Assembly: GCA_039801885.1 (NCBI GenBank)
Contig: JBDRVN010000013.1
Span: forward strand, 1,972-34,864
Length of the DNA: 32,893 nucleotides
DNA from: a candidate division WOR-3 bacterium
GTDB lineage: Bacteria; Hydrothermota; Tepidihabitantia; Tepidihabitantales; DTDR01
Direction: 5' to 3'
This document shows positions 16,529 to 26,703 of this stretch, piece by piece. The translations under genes and the position numbers were made by a program. Position 1 is the first letter of the stretch. Each line of letters begins with the position of its first letter. The notes beneath the pieces are model-generated. The model worked only from the letters and a program-made list of their open reading frames with translations. It did not search any database and was not told the origin of the DNA.

Positions 16529-17410
16529 TTAAAAATCCACTATTTTTATCTCTTCTTCTAATAAAATATTAAATTTTTTATATACCTTCTCTTTAACAAT
16601 CTGAATTAATTCATAAATGTCTAAAAACCTAGCTTTTTTCATATTAATAATAAAATTAGCATGTTTATCAGAAATAACCGCATCGCCCACACGAAAATTT
16701 TTAAAACCAACGCTTTCAATCAATTTACCAGCAGGAAAGCCGTTAGGATTTTTAAAAATACAGCCTAAGGATTTTCCTTTAGGAAATTTTTCATTTCTTA
16801 TTTTCAAGTATTTTGCAATTAAATGTTTCTTATCTTCTTTCTTTAACATTAAAATTACACTAACTATTAATTCTTCATCTCTAATAGAAGAATAACGATA
16901 ACCAAAATTAATATCTTCTTTTTTTATGATTTTAAAACCTTCTTTAAATGAAAAAATCTCTATTTCTTTTATAAAATCTGCTATTGAAACTCCAAAAGCT
17001 CCCGCGTTCATTTTCACGGCACCGCCTAAACTTCCAGGAATCCCAATTAAAGGCTCCAAACCTGAGAAAGAAAAATTTTGCAGCTTTAAAATTAAGTTTG
17101 TTAAACTTATACCTGCTCCAACTTTTACTATTAGCGGATTTTCTTCTAATCGTTCAAAAGAATTATCTTGATATTGAATTGCTATTCCATCTAAGTACCC
17201 ATCAGGAAAGAGAAGATTACTAAGTTTCCCAATAAAAATATATTTAATTTTTTCTTTTTCAATAGCTTCTTTTAAAACTGGCAAATAATTTTTATTCTTA
17301 ACTTTCAATAAATACTTAATTTTTCCTCCAACACCAATAGAAGATATTTTGTTTAAAGAGAAATCCTCCGCTATCTCAACTTCTTTTATTTCTTTAAAAA
17401 TTTTTCGCAT
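16529..17410 (-). CDS. murB: UDP-N-acetylenolpyruvoylglucosamine reductase
   Basis: Motifs GIPGSLGGAVKMNAGAFG, FGYRYS, GCIFKNP, SDKHANFIIN and LEEEI. Confidence 0.94.
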   Translation of the reverse strand: MRKIFKEIKEVEIAEDFSLNKISSIGVGGKIKYLLKVKNKNYLPVLKEAIEKEKIKYIFIGKLSNLLFPDGYLDGIAIQYQDNSFERLEENPLIVKVGAGISLTNLILKLQNFSFSGLEPLIGIPGSLGGAVKMNAGAFGVSIADFIKEIEIFSFKEGFKIIKKEDINFGYRYSSIRDEELIVSVILMLKKEDKKHLIAKYLKIRNEKFPKGKSLGCIFKNPNGFPAGKLIESVGFKNFRVGDAVISDKHANFIINMKKARFLDIYELIQIVKEKVYKKFNILLEEEIKIVDF

Positions 17411-18783
17411 AATTCTTTAATATTTCCCGCACCTAAAGTTATTACCACATCTCCTTTTTTGGCTTTTTTCATTATTGTTTCATATATTTCTTCAAAGGTT
17501 TCTAAATAATAAACTTCTTTATTCTTTTCTTTAGAAATCACTGCATCATAAATTAATCGTCCACTTACTCCTGGTATTGGAGCTTCATTTGCTGGGTAAA
17601 TTTCTGTTATCACAACGATATCAGCTTCGTCAAAAACTTCACAAAAATTTTTCCAAAGATAAAAAGTTCTAGTATATCTATGGGGTTGAAATACGGTAAT
17701 TATCCGGTTAGTAGGGTGCCTTTGCCTTAAAGCCTTTAAAGTAACTTTTATCTCGGTAGGATGGTGAGCATAGTCATCATAGAAAATTATTCCTGCTTTT
17801 CTTCCTTTTTTCTCTAACCGTCGTTCGATACCTTGAAAAATCCTTAATGCTCTTTTAATTTTCTCTTTATTTATTCCTAATTCTTTTGCCACAATTACAG
17901 CAACGGTAGCATTTAAAACATTATGAATTCCTAATAAAGGGATTTTTAGAGATATAAATTTTTGATTTTTATGAAATATATCAAAAGATGAAAAATTCTT
18001 ATGTAAATTAACATTTTTGATTTGAAAATCCGCTTTTTCTGAAAAACCATAACTCAAAACCCTTCTTTTTATTAGATTTTTCATCTCTTTTAAATTAAGA
18101 TCATCTTCATTAATTATACATAACCCAAAAAACGGAGGTTTATTTAAAAATTCCAAAAAAGCGTTTCTTAAAGAAATTAGATCTTTATAATGATCCAAAT
18201 GCTCTGGTTCAATATTCGTAACAACTGCAATTGTGGGAAAAAGCATTAAAAAACTTTTATCCGATTCATCGGCTTCGCAAACTAAATAATCACTCTTACC
18301 TAATTTAGCGCCGCTATTCATACTTAATATTCTTCCACCAATAATTACCGTCGGATCTTCTTTAGCAAATTCTAAAACATGCGCAATTAAAGAGGTAGTT
18401 GTTGTCTTTCCGTGGGTACCAGAAACAGCTATTGAATATTTCATCCGCATTAATTCACCCAACATTTCTGCCCGAGGAATTACCGGGATACCTAAATCTT
18501 TCGCATAAATCAATTCAGGATTGGAGGGAGGTATTGCTGAAGAAAAAATTACCAATTCGATACCTCTTACATTTTCTTTACAATGAGAATAATATACTTT
18601 TATTCCGCTTTTTTCTAGAAATTCTGTTAAAGAAGTTTTTTTAATATCCGAACCGGAAATTTCAAAGCCTAAATTTTTTAAAACTAATGCCAAACCGGAC
18701 ATTCCACTACCACCAATGCCAACAAAATGAATTTTTTTTATTTGCCATCTTTTTTTAATAAAAATTAATTCACTTTTTTTCAT
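17386..18783 (-). CDS. murC: UDP-N-acetylmuramate--L-alanine ligase
   Basis: Motifs GIGGSGMS, GTHGKTTT, EADESD, DDYAHHPTE and FQPHRYTR. Start taken at the ATG at 18783. Confidence 0.96.
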   Translation of the reverse strand: MKKSELIFIKKRWQIKKIHFVGIGGSGMSGLALVLKNLGFEISGSDIKKTSLTEFLEKSGIKVYYSHCKENVRGIELVIFSSAIPPSNPELIYAKDLGIPVIPRAEMLGELMRMKYSIAVSGTHGKTTTTSLIAHVLEFAKEDPTVIIGGRILSMNSGAKLGKSDYLVCEADESDKSFLMLFPTIAVVTNIEPEHLDHYKDLISLRNAFLEFLNKPPFFGLCIINEDDLNLKEMKNLIKRRVLSYGFSEKADFQIKNVNLHKNFSSFDIFHKNQKFISLKIPLLGIHNVLNATVAVIVAKELGINKEKIKRALRIFQGIERRLEKKGRKAGIIFYDDYAHHPTEIKVTLKALRQRHPTNRIITVFQPHRYTRTFYLWKNFCEVFDEADIVVITEIYPANEAPIPGVSGRLIYDAVISKEKNKEVYYLETFEEIYETIMKKAKKGDVVITLGAGNIKELCEKFLKK

Positions 18784-19828
18784 TTTTAATTTTTTTAATG
18801 ATAAACTTAGCAATTAAAGTTGTTCCTTCCCTTTTTGCCAATTTCTTCATATTCTCTTTTATTCTGCTTCTTATGACTTCATTATTAATTAATAAGGAAA
18901 ACTTTTCTCTTATATATTCCCAATTTTCTTCGCTTGAAAAAAATGTCCCAGTATATTGAGCCACATATTGGGCATTCTTTTGTTGATGATTATCCTTTGC
19001 CAATGGATAAGGGATAAAAATTGTTGGAATACTGAAACATAAAATTTCAGAAATTGTTATTCCTCCTGCCCGCGCGATAACTACTTTTGCTTTTCTTAGA
19101 TATTCTTGGATGTTCAATTCAAAATTGAAAATTTTCACATTTTTTAATTTTTTCTTTTCCATCGTTTTTCCATTTTTCTCTCTCCCGATTTGAATTAAAA
19201 AATACTCCTGGGGGAACTCTTCCGCCAACCTTATACCTATTTCAACTAATTTTTTAGCTCCTAAACTTCCTCCTAAAATTACACAAAATTTTTCTTCTTT
19301 GTTTTTTAAACTTTCTTCCACGATTTCTTTTCGCAAAGGATTGCCGGTATAAACAAACTTCCCTTTTTTTGATAAATGTTCATTGAAAATCGGGAACCCT
19401 AAGAAAACTTTTTCTGCAAAAACTGAAAAATATTTAACAGTCCTACCCAAAACTGCGTTCTGCTCTAAAAGATAAACTGGCTTAAAAAATATTTTTGTAA
19501 TTAAAATTGGCAATATACAAAAATAATTCCCGGTAGCAATTAAAGCTTTTGGTTTAAAACGCCAATAAAGATATAATAATTTTAGTATATTATAAACTAA
19601 GGTGAGAAAAAATAAAAACATTTCTTTTAGTCCTTTGCCAAAAGGATGATATGTGGGTAGTAAATGATAAGTGACGTTATAATTTTTATATATATCTTCT
19701 TCAATCCCTCCTTTTTTACCTAAAAATATACAATTAAAATTAAACTTTTTTAATTCTTCGCAAATGCTTATTCCTGGCATTATATGACCTCCAGTGAGAG
19801 CGGCACCAATAAAAACATTATATTTCAT
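18770..19828 (-). CDS. murG: lipid I GlcNAc transferase
   Basis: Motifs TGGHIMP, EQN, TGNPLR, GGSLGA, ARAGG and HQQKNA. Start taken at the ATG at 19828. Confidence 0.93.
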   Translation of the reverse strand: MKYNVFIGAALTGGHIMPGISICEELKKFNFNCIFLGKKGGIEEDIYKNYNVTYHLLPTYHPFGKGLKEMFLFFLTLVYNILKLLYLYWRFKPKALIATGNYFCILPILITKIFFKPVYLLEQNAVLGRTVKYFSVFAEKVFLGFPIFNEHLSKKGKFVYTGNPLRKEIVEESLKNKEEKFCVILGGSLGAKKLVEIGIRLAEEFPQEYFLIQIGREKNGKTMEKKKLKNVKIFNFELNIQEYLRKAKVVIARAGGITISEILCFSIPTIFIPYPLAKDNHQQKNAQYVAQYTGTFFSSEENWEYIREKFSLLINNEVIRSRIKENMKKLAKREGTTLIAKFIIKKIKNEKK

Positions 19829-20870
19829 AAGGAATTCTTCCTTCACGGGAAATATTTAATATTATTCCAATAGCAAAAAGATTACTTATTAAAGCGCTCC
19901 CGCCATAAGACATAAAAGGCAAAGGTTGTCCAGTCACTGGAATTAAACCGAAGGCAGAAAAGATATGTATAAAAATATAAAAAGAAAGCATAAAAGTAAA
20001 ACCAATGGCGAAAAATCTACTAAAATGACTGTTGGCATGTTGGGCAATGGTTATCCCTCTAATTAGAATAAAATAATAACCAAATAATAAGAATAAAATA
20101 ACGATAAATCCTAACTCTTCAGCCATTCCTGCAAAAATGAAATCGGTATGAATTTTAGGAATAAATTTAAATTTTTGTTTACCACATCCTAATCCTTTTC
20201 CTAATAAACCTCCCGAACCAATTGCTATCTTGGAGTGATATTGCTGATAAATCTTGCCTTCTTTAAATTTTTCAAATCTTTTTTTGGCATGAGGGAAAGT
20301 ATTTATTCCAGCAAAAATAAAAGATAAAACGATTAAAACATAAAGAAAAACAATAGAAAGTTTTATCCCAGCAAATAATAACATTATGAGCACTGTTAAA
20401 AACAAAATTACTGCGGTACCAATTGCTGGTTGGAGAAGAATTAAAAAAATTAATAAAATTATTAAGAAAAATTCTTTACGAAATTTACTTAACTCTTTTT
20501 TTTCTTTTACTTTCGCTAAAAAATCAGCAACAAAAAAGAGTAAAACAATTTTACAAAATTCTTGCGGTTGAAATTTCAAAGAAAGAAAAGAGAATTGTCT
20601 AATTGTCTTAGAAAAAAGGACTGTGGAAAAGAGGATAACTAAAGAAAAAATATACAGAATTTTTGCCCGTCGCCCACTCCAAAATTCATAAGGAATAAGA
20701 ATACCTAAGAAAAATGCCAAAATACCCAAAATTATTCTTAAAAGATGTTTTTTAAAATAAATCGAACCTTCAATCATAGTGGAAGAGTAAATCGCCAGAA
20801 GAGAAAAAAAAGTAAGAAATAAAATAATTTCCAAAAAGATTAAATCAATTTTTATCTTTTTCAATTTCAT
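19818..20870 (-). CDS. ftsW: SEDS peptidoglycan glycosyltransferase FtsW
   Basis: Multi-TM protein with FQPQEFCK, GSGG..GKG.G, HTDFIF..MAEE.G and P.TG.PLPFMSYGGS. Start taken at the ATG at 20870. Confidence 0.93.
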   Translation of the reverse strand: MKLKKIKIDLIFLEIILFLTFFSLLAIYSSTMIEGSIYFKKHLLRIILGILAFFLGILIPYEFWSGRRAKILYIFSLVILFSTVLFSKTIRQFSFLSLKFQPQEFCKIVLLFFVADFLAKVKEKKELSKFRKEFFLIILLIFLILLQPAIGTAVILFLTVLIMLLFAGIKLSIVFLYVLIVLSFIFAGINTFPHAKKRFEKFKEGKIYQQYHSKIAIGSGGLLGKGLGCGKQKFKFIPKIHTDFIFAGMAEELGFIVILFLLFGYYFILIRGITIAQHANSHFSRFFAIGFTFMLSFYIFIHIFSAFGLIPVTGQPLPFMSYGGSALISNLFAIGIILNISREGRIPYEI

Positions 20871-22188
20871 ATACAAATTTTTTAAATTTCTCTCCCCGCT
20901 CAATAAAATCTTGAAAATAATCGAAACTAGCAAAAGCAGGAGAAAAGAGAACTATGTCTCCTTTCTTACTTATTTCTTTAGCTTTAACCACCGCTTCTTT
21001 AAGTGATTCAGCCAAGAAGAAATTTCGGTAATTCACTTTTATAAGCTCTTTTTTTAATCTTTCTTTATTTTCACCAAACAATATTACATATTTTGCTTTC
21101 TTAGAAATAGTTTCAATGTAATCTTCTAAGGGTAAGTTTTTTTCTTTTCCACCAGTAATCAAAATTACTTTTTTGTTAAAAACAAGCAATGATTTCGTAC
21201 CGGCGGTTGGGTTGGTACACATTGAATTATTAATATATTTAACTCCATTATTTTCTCTCACCAATTCTAAACGATGAGGCAATCCTTTAAAATTCTTTAA
21301 ACCCTCTATTAAATTTTTTTCACTAATTCCTAAGATTTTGCTAATCAAGATAGTAGCTAAAATATTCTCATAATAAACTTTTCCAATAAATTTTAATTCT
21401 TCCATATTTATAACTGGATGTGTATGATCATTAAAATTTATAAAAAATTTCTTTTTTATTTTATCATAATAAGCATCACTAAATTTATCATCTGTAGAAA
21501 AAATTTTTATTATTGGGTAGCGAACATTAAAATAAGGATTGGATATTAAATTTTTATTTATTACACAAAAATCTTTTTCTGTTTGGTTTTCGAAAATTCT
21601 CATTTTAATTCTTTGGTATTCCTCAAAACTCTTATGCCAATCTAAATGTTCGTAATTAATGTTTAACAAAACGCCAATATTAGGTTTAAAATTTCTTATT
21701 CGTGCTAATTGGAAAGAAGAAACTTCTAATACATTAAACTCTTTTTTTAATCGTGCTGCCTCAATAGCCGGCTTTCCAGGCGCAAGATTACCTCCATAAA
21801 AAACTTTTCTTTTATCTTTTAATAAAATTTCTCCGATTAAACAAGTAGTAGTTGATTTTCCATTAGTACCAGTAATAGCAATAATTGTGGTATTTTTTAT
21901 AAAAGAATAAACAAATTCAATATCAGAAATAGCCGAACAAAATTCATTTATCTTCTTTAACACTGGATTTTCGTCATTAATTCCCGCACTTACTATCGCA
22001 ACCAGGTTTTTTATATTTTTCAATTTCTTAATATCTTCTTCTCTTACCCATTGAAAGTTTTTATATTTTAAAAAATCTTCCTTTTTTTCTTCGTTTTGGT
22101 CATATCCATAAACAATTTCATTGTTTTCTAAAAGAAATTCAACAATTCCTTTACCCTGTCTTCCTAATCCTAATATTAAATACCTCAT
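20845..22188 (-). CDS. murD: UDP-N-acetylmuramoyl-L-alanine--D-glutamate ligase
   Basis: Motifs ITGTNGKSTT, EVSSFQL, HLDWH, GLPHRLE and SPAFASFD.F..RG..F. Start taken at the ATG at 22188. Confidence 0.95.
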   Translation of the reverse strand: MRYLILGLGRQGKGIVEFLLENNEIVYGYDQNEEKKEDFLKYKNFQWVREEDIKKLKNIKNLVAIVSAGINDENPVLKKINEFCSAISDIEFVYSFIKNTTIIAITGTNGKSTTTCLIGEILLKDKRKVFYGGNLAPGKPAIEAARLKKEFNVLEVSSFQLARIRNFKPNIGVLLNINYEHLDWHKSFEEYQRIKMRIFENQTEKDFCVINKNLISNPYFNVRYPIIKIFSTDDKFSDAYYDKIKKKFFINFNDHTHPVINMEELKFIGKVYYENILATILISKILGISEKNLIEGLKNFKGLPHRLELVRENNGVKYINNSMCTNPTAGTKSLLVFNKKVILITGGKEKNLPLEDYIETISKKAKYVILFGENKERLKKELIKVNYRNFFLAESLKEAVVKAKEISKKGDIVLFSPAFASFDYFQDFIERGEKFKKFVYEIEKDKN

Positions 22189-23264
22189 CTTATTTTTAAA
22201 CTTGCTAACGCAATTATTCCTAAAAGGACACCGATAATCCAAAATCGGACCACAATCTTTTCTTCTTTTTCTCCTTTTACTTCATAATGGTGATGCAATG
22301 GCGCCATTCGAAAAATTCTTTTGCCTTTGGTAAGACGAAAATAAATTACTTGTAAAAAAACAGACAAAAATTCTAAAAGAAATATGCCGCCAGCAAAAAT
22401 AAATAATATTTCTTGTTTACTAGCTAATGCTAAATAGCCTAACATCATTCCTAAGGGCAAAGAACCCACATCACCCATAAAGACTTCTGCTGGATGAGTA
22501 TTAAACCATAGAAATCCCAAACAGGCTCCCATTAAAATTAAAGCAAAAATACTTAATTCTCCTGCCTCTTTAATGTAAAGTAAATTTAAATAATCCGCAA
22601 TTTTAAAATTACCGCCACAGTAAGCAAGAACTGCATATACTCCGCTACAAATTGCAATCAACCCAGCTGCTAAACCATCTAACCCATCAGTAAAATTTAT
22701 TCCGTTACTTACTATCAACATAAAAATGAAAGCAATTATTGGATAAAAACTTTGGAAATTAAGAAGAATATTTTTAAAAAAGAGAACCTGGGTTATTCCT
22801 CTTAATTGTTTATCCTCTGCCCAAAAACAAAGTAATAAGATCAAAAGAAAAATTATTATGCTCTGGAAAATCAATTTTGTTTTAATATCTAATCCCTTTT
22901 TTCTTTTAATTTTATAATAATCATCAAAAAAACCCAAAACAGCAAAAGCAACAAAAGATAAAATACCTAAAATTATATACCGATTTGTAATGTCGGCAAA
23001 AAGCAAAAAGGAAATCAAACTAGCCACCACAATTAAAATTCCACCCATGGTAGGAGTATTTTTTTTTAAATGCTCTTCCGGCATAAATTCTCTTATTGGT
23101 TGTATAAAATTTTTATTTTTTAAATAATTAATTGTTTTCTTTCCTAATAATAACACTAAAATAATTGCTAAAGCGCTGCCACAAAAAGCTCGAAAAGTTA
23201 TGTAACGAAAAAGATTAAAACCGATCCAAATATCTCTTAATGGATAGAAAATTAAGTACAACAT
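22185..23264 (-). CDS. mraY: phospho-N-acetylmuramoyl-pentapeptide transferase
   Basis: Motifs TPTMGG, GFFDDY, NFTDGLDGL, FMGDVGS and MAPLHHHYE. Confidence 0.97.
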   Translation of the reverse strand: MLYLIFYPLRDIWIGFNLFRYITFRAFCGSALAIILVLLLGKKTINYLKNKNFIQPIREFMPEEHLKKNTPTMGGILIVVASLISFLLFADITNRYIILGILSFVAFAVLGFFDDYYKIKRKKGLDIKTKLIFQSIIIFLLILLLCFWAEDKQLRGITQVLFFKNILLNFQSFYPIIAFIFMLIVSNGINFTDGLDGLAAGLIAICSGVYAVLAYCGGNFKIADYLNLLYIKEAGELSIFALILMGACLGFLWFNTHPAEVFMGDVGSLPLGMMLGYLALASKQEILFIFAGGIFLLEFLSVFLQVIYFRLTKGKRIFRMAPLHHHYEVKGEKEEKIVVRFWIIGVLLGIIALASLKIR

Positions 23265-24724
23265 CTCTCCAAAACCTTTTTTAATTCTTCTTGATCACTG
23301 AAATGGAAAATTTGGTCTCCGATAATCTGGTAATCCTCGTGTCCTTTTCCAGCTACTAAAACAGTATCTCCCTTTTTGGCTAGAGAAACCCCTTTTTCAA
23401 TCGCTTTTCTTCTATCTTCTTCTATAAATATCTCCTTATTTATGCCTTTTAAAATATCTCTCAAAATACTTTTAAAATTTTCCGTTCGACTATTATCTTG
23501 GGTAATAATTATCATATCCGCAAATTCGCAAGCTATTTTCCCCATCGCCGGTCTTTTCTCTTTATCTCTTTCGCCTCCGCATCCAAAAATTAAAATTAAC
23601 TTTTTACTGAAAGGTCGAAGAGTTCTAAGAACTTCTCTCAAACTCTCTGGAGTATGAGCAAAATCCACAAAAGCATTAATTCCTAAATCATTCTCTATTT
23701 TTTCTAATCTTCCCGGCACTCCTTTAAAATTCTCAATTTTTTTTAAAATATCCTCTTCAGCAAGTCCCAAAATCTTAGCAATTCCAAAACTTAATAGGAT
23801 ATTATATAAATTAAATTTCCCAAAAATTTTTGTTTTTCCTTTTATCTCTTTCTCATTATTAATTTTAATAATAAATTCCATTCCATTTAAATCTACTTTT
23901 AAGATCTCACCTTTTATAAAAGCAAAAGAATTAATTCCATAAGTAATTACATTTATATTTTTTTTATTTAAATCTTCAATTAATTCTTTTCCAAAACTAT
24001 CATCTATGTTAATAATTGCCCACCCATTATTTCTTATATATTCAAATAATTTTTTTTTGCTCTTTTTATAATCTTCAATATTATTATGAAAATCTAAATG
24101 ATCATGGCCCAAATTTGTTAATCCCGCTATCTCAAAGTTTAATCCGTACACTCTGTCTAATGCTAAAGCGTGAGAAGACACCTCCATTAAACAATATTTG
24201 ATATTCTTTTTATAAAGTTTATTAAGTAAAGAATAAATAAGCTCACTTTCGGGAGTAGTATTTAAAGCCTTCATCCAATTTTCACCGTCAAAATGGGCGA
24301 TAGTTCCTATCAAACCAGTAGAAATATTAAAAGAGTTTAGAATATGTTTGGTTAAATAAGTTGTCGTAGTTTTACCTTGGGTTCCGGTAATTCCAATTAA
24401 AACAAGATTATCATCTGCTTGGCAATAAAAATTTTTACAAATAAGGGAATATACTTTTCTTATTTCATTAGTGTAAAGGTAAGTAAATTCATTTTTTTTA
24501 TTTAAATCTTTTTTTCTTTCTTTCGGCAATAAAAAAGCAATTGCACCCCTTTTCATTGCTTCTTCTAAGTAAAGAAAACCATCGGTTTTAAATCCAGGAA
24601 TAGCGGCAAAAAGATAATTTTTTTTCACCTTTTTAGAAAAAGAGGTAATTCCTTCGATTATAATATCTTTTTCTCCCACAATTTCTAAATTATTTATTTC
24701 CTTAATTAATTCTTTTAATCTCAT
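23252..24724 (-). CDS. murE: UDP-N-acetylmuramoyl-dipeptide--diamino acid ligase
   Basis: Motifs GITGTQGKTT, NTTP, MEVSSH, DHLDFH, VDFAHTP, FGCGG.RD..KRP.M, DNSR and AGKGHE.YQ. Confidence 0.95.
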   Translation of the reverse strand: MRLKELIKEINNLEIVGEKDIIIEGITSFSKKVKKNYLFAAIPGFKTDGFLYLEEAMKRGAIAFLLPKERKKDLNKKNEFTYLYTNEIRKVYSLICKNFYCQADDNLVLIGITGTQGKTTTTYLTKHILNSFNISTGLIGTIAHFDGENWMKALNTTPESELIYSLLNKLYKKNIKYCLMEVSSHALALDRVYGLNFEIAGLTNLGHDHLDFHNNIEDYKKSKKKLFEYIRNNGWAIINIDDSFGKELIEDLNKKNINVITYGINSFAFIKGEILKVDLNGMEFIIKINNEKEIKGKTKIFGKFNLYNILLSFGIAKILGLAEEDILKKIENFKGVPGRLEKIENDLGINAFVDFAHTPESLREVLRTLRPFSKKLILIFGCGGERDKEKRPAMGKIACEFADMIIITQDNSRTENFKSILRDILKGINKEIFIEEDRRKAIEKGVSLAKKGDTVLVAGKGHEDYQIIGDQIFHFSDQEELKKVLERCCT

Positions 24725-26411
24725 TTTTAAAATTGGCTATGTCATTTCTAATATACCACAGTTTATAAGCAATATTTCGAAAAATCGGGCATACTCCCTC
24801 AGAGGCAAACCTACTTTTTTGTGGTTCGTCCAACAAAATAACAATCAAAATTTTTGGCTTTTCCATCGGAAAAAAGCCAATAAAGGAAATGGTAGATTTT
24901 GTAGTTGAATAACTTTTCGTTTGTTTATCAAATTTTTGGGCAGTACCCGTTTTCCCACAAACTTTAATATCCTCGGAAAAAACAGCTAACTTTCCTGTTC
25001 CCTTAGTGCACACATTAGATAAAATTTCTTTTATTATCTCAACATTTTTTTCATCGATTATCTTCTCCACTGTTTCAGGCTTAAATACTTGCTCACCAAT
25101 TTTTTTAACAAGAATTGGCTTCACATAATAACCATTTTGAGCAATCGCTAAATAAGCTAAAGCAATTTGTAATAAATTTGTTCTGATTCCCTGACCAAAA
25201 GCATTATTACAAAAATCAATATCAGGAAGATTTTTCTCTTTAAAATAAGGAATAAAACCAATATCTTCGTTAGGAATTCCGATATCTACTTTTTTACCAA
25301 AACCAAATTTATTAACCATTTTATAAAAATCCTCTTTTTTTATTCTTAAGGCTAACTGAGAAACACCAATATTAGAAGAATAAATAAAAATATCAAAAAA
25401 ATCAACAATACCTAATTTTTTCCTTTCGGCATCATAAATTTTTCTTTTTCCTACTTGTAAATATCCACTTCGTAAATCATAGCGTTCTTTCAAAAAAATT
25501 TCTTTTTCATAAAAGTTCAAAATCGTTGCCAAAATTATTAATTTAAAAATTGAACCAGGCTCAAAGGATTCGCAAATGCTCGAAGGAGTTAAATAGAAAA
25601 AATTATTATTAATTTCTGGATAATCAACCATTGCTAAAATTTCTAAACTTTCACAATTAATAACTATACAACTTCCTCGCTTTGCTGATTCTCTTTCAAT
25701 TGCTTTTTTTAATTCTTCATAAACTAATTTTTGAATATCTAAATCAATTGTTAAATAAATATTCTTTCCATTAACCGGTGCTATTTTGGGATAATTAGGA
25801 TAAGGATAAAGATTAGCACAAGCATCTTTTTGTAAATACCAATAACCTTCTTTTCCTTTGAGGATTTGGTCAAATTTTTTTTCGATGCCTAATACACCTT
25901 CTTTCTGACTATTAAGAAATCCCAATAGATTAGTAACTTCTTTATAAGGATAAACCCTCTGGAAATTTTCTTTTAAGTATAAAGCATTTTGCAATTGTCG
26001 TTGATGGATTTCTTTTTCTAAAATTTTTCCTGTTTCGTAATCCAAATTTTTAGCAAGATAGAAAAAATGCCTTTTTGTCAACCGCTGAGAAATTTGTTCA
26101 AAAGAATATTTAGGGAAAAATCTTAAAAATAAGGAACATAGAGATACTCTTTTTTTTTCATCTAAATATTGAGGGTAAATTTCCAAGTCAAAAACAGGTG
26201 AAGTATATGCCAAAATCCTTTTTTTCCTATCATAAATTTCGCCCCTTTTAGGAGAAAGAATAAACTTTTTTAAATGATAAGAATTAGCTTCCTTTTGATA
26301 TTTTTGAAAATCAATAATTTGATATTTTATTAGTAGCCAAATTATAACTGCAAAAACTCCAGAAAAATAAATCTTTGCCAATCGGAATTTCCATAAATCA
26401 TTTCTGACCAT
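24702..26411 (-). CDS. ftsI: division transpeptidase PBP3/FtsI (class B PBP)
   Basis: N-terminal TM, RGEIYDR, and catalytic motifs SxxK (EPGSIFK), SxN (SSN) and KTG (GKTGTAQK). Start taken at the ATG at 26411. Confidence 0.93.
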   Translation of the reverse strand: MVRNDLWKFRLAKIYFSGVFAVIIWLLIKYQIIDFQKYQKEANSYHLKKFILSPKRGEIYDRKKRILAYTSPVFDLEIYPQYLDEKKRVSLCSLFLRFFPKYSFEQISQRLTKRHFFYLAKNLDYETGKILEKEIHQRQLQNALYLKENFQRVYPYKEVTNLLGFLNSQKEGVLGIEKKFDQILKGKEGYWYLQKDACANLYPYPNYPKIAPVNGKNIYLTIDLDIQKLVYEELKKAIERESAKRGSCIVINCESLEILAMVDYPEINNNFFYLTPSSICESFEPGSIFKLIILATILNFYEKEIFLKERYDLRSGYLQVGKRKIYDAERKKLGIVDFFDIFIYSSNIGVSQLALRIKKEDFYKMVNKFGFGKKVDIGIPNEDIGFIPYFKEKNLPDIDFCNNAFGQGIRTNLLQIALAYLAIAQNGYYVKPILVKKIGEQVFKPETVEKIIDEKNVEIIKEILSNVCTKGTGKLAVFSEDIKVCGKTGTAQKFDKQTKSYSTTKSTISFIGFFPMEKPKILIVILLDEPQKSRFASEGVCPIFRNIAYKLWYIRNDIANFKNEIKRIN

Positions 26412-26703
26412 TTTCTTTCTTAGCAATTTCGGTTAAAGGTAAGGTCTCAGGAAAACTTGTAATCTCTTTAGAAAAAGAAAAACTATCTAACTTTATTTCT
26501 AAACTTTTACTGAGAAGAAAATAAGAAAAAGTAGATAAACTGTCTAAACGAATATCTTCTTTTTTAATTTTCACCATCAATAAATTTCTCTTATTTTCCA
26601 GGTCAGTAATTTTATTCATCAAGCGAAAATTTTTATAAACCAAAAATAGTTGAAAAAACCCAAAGAAAAGAATTAAAAAAACAATTAAATTAAATTTTTT
26701 CAT
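26398..26703 (-). CDS. FtsL-like bitopic protein
   Basis: Lies between rsmH and ftsI. One TM helix is followed by a heptad-like Leu pattern. The assignment is by synteny. Confidence 0.65.
   Translation of the reverse strand: MKKFNLIVFLILFFGFFQLFLVYKNFRLMNKITDLENKRNLLMVKIKKEDIRLDSLSTFSYFLLSKSLEIKLDSFSFSKEITSFPETLPLTEIAKKENGQK

Noticed and set aside
16745..16775. MurB catalytic Ser replaced by Cys (GCIFKNP)
   Set aside because: A Cys at this position is an already known natural MurB variant, so it is not novel.
18784..26426. Longer ORF-track starts for murC, murG, ftsW, murD and ftsI
   Set aside because: They create long overlaps with the upstream genes. Downstream ATGs give family-typical N-termini and short overlaps.
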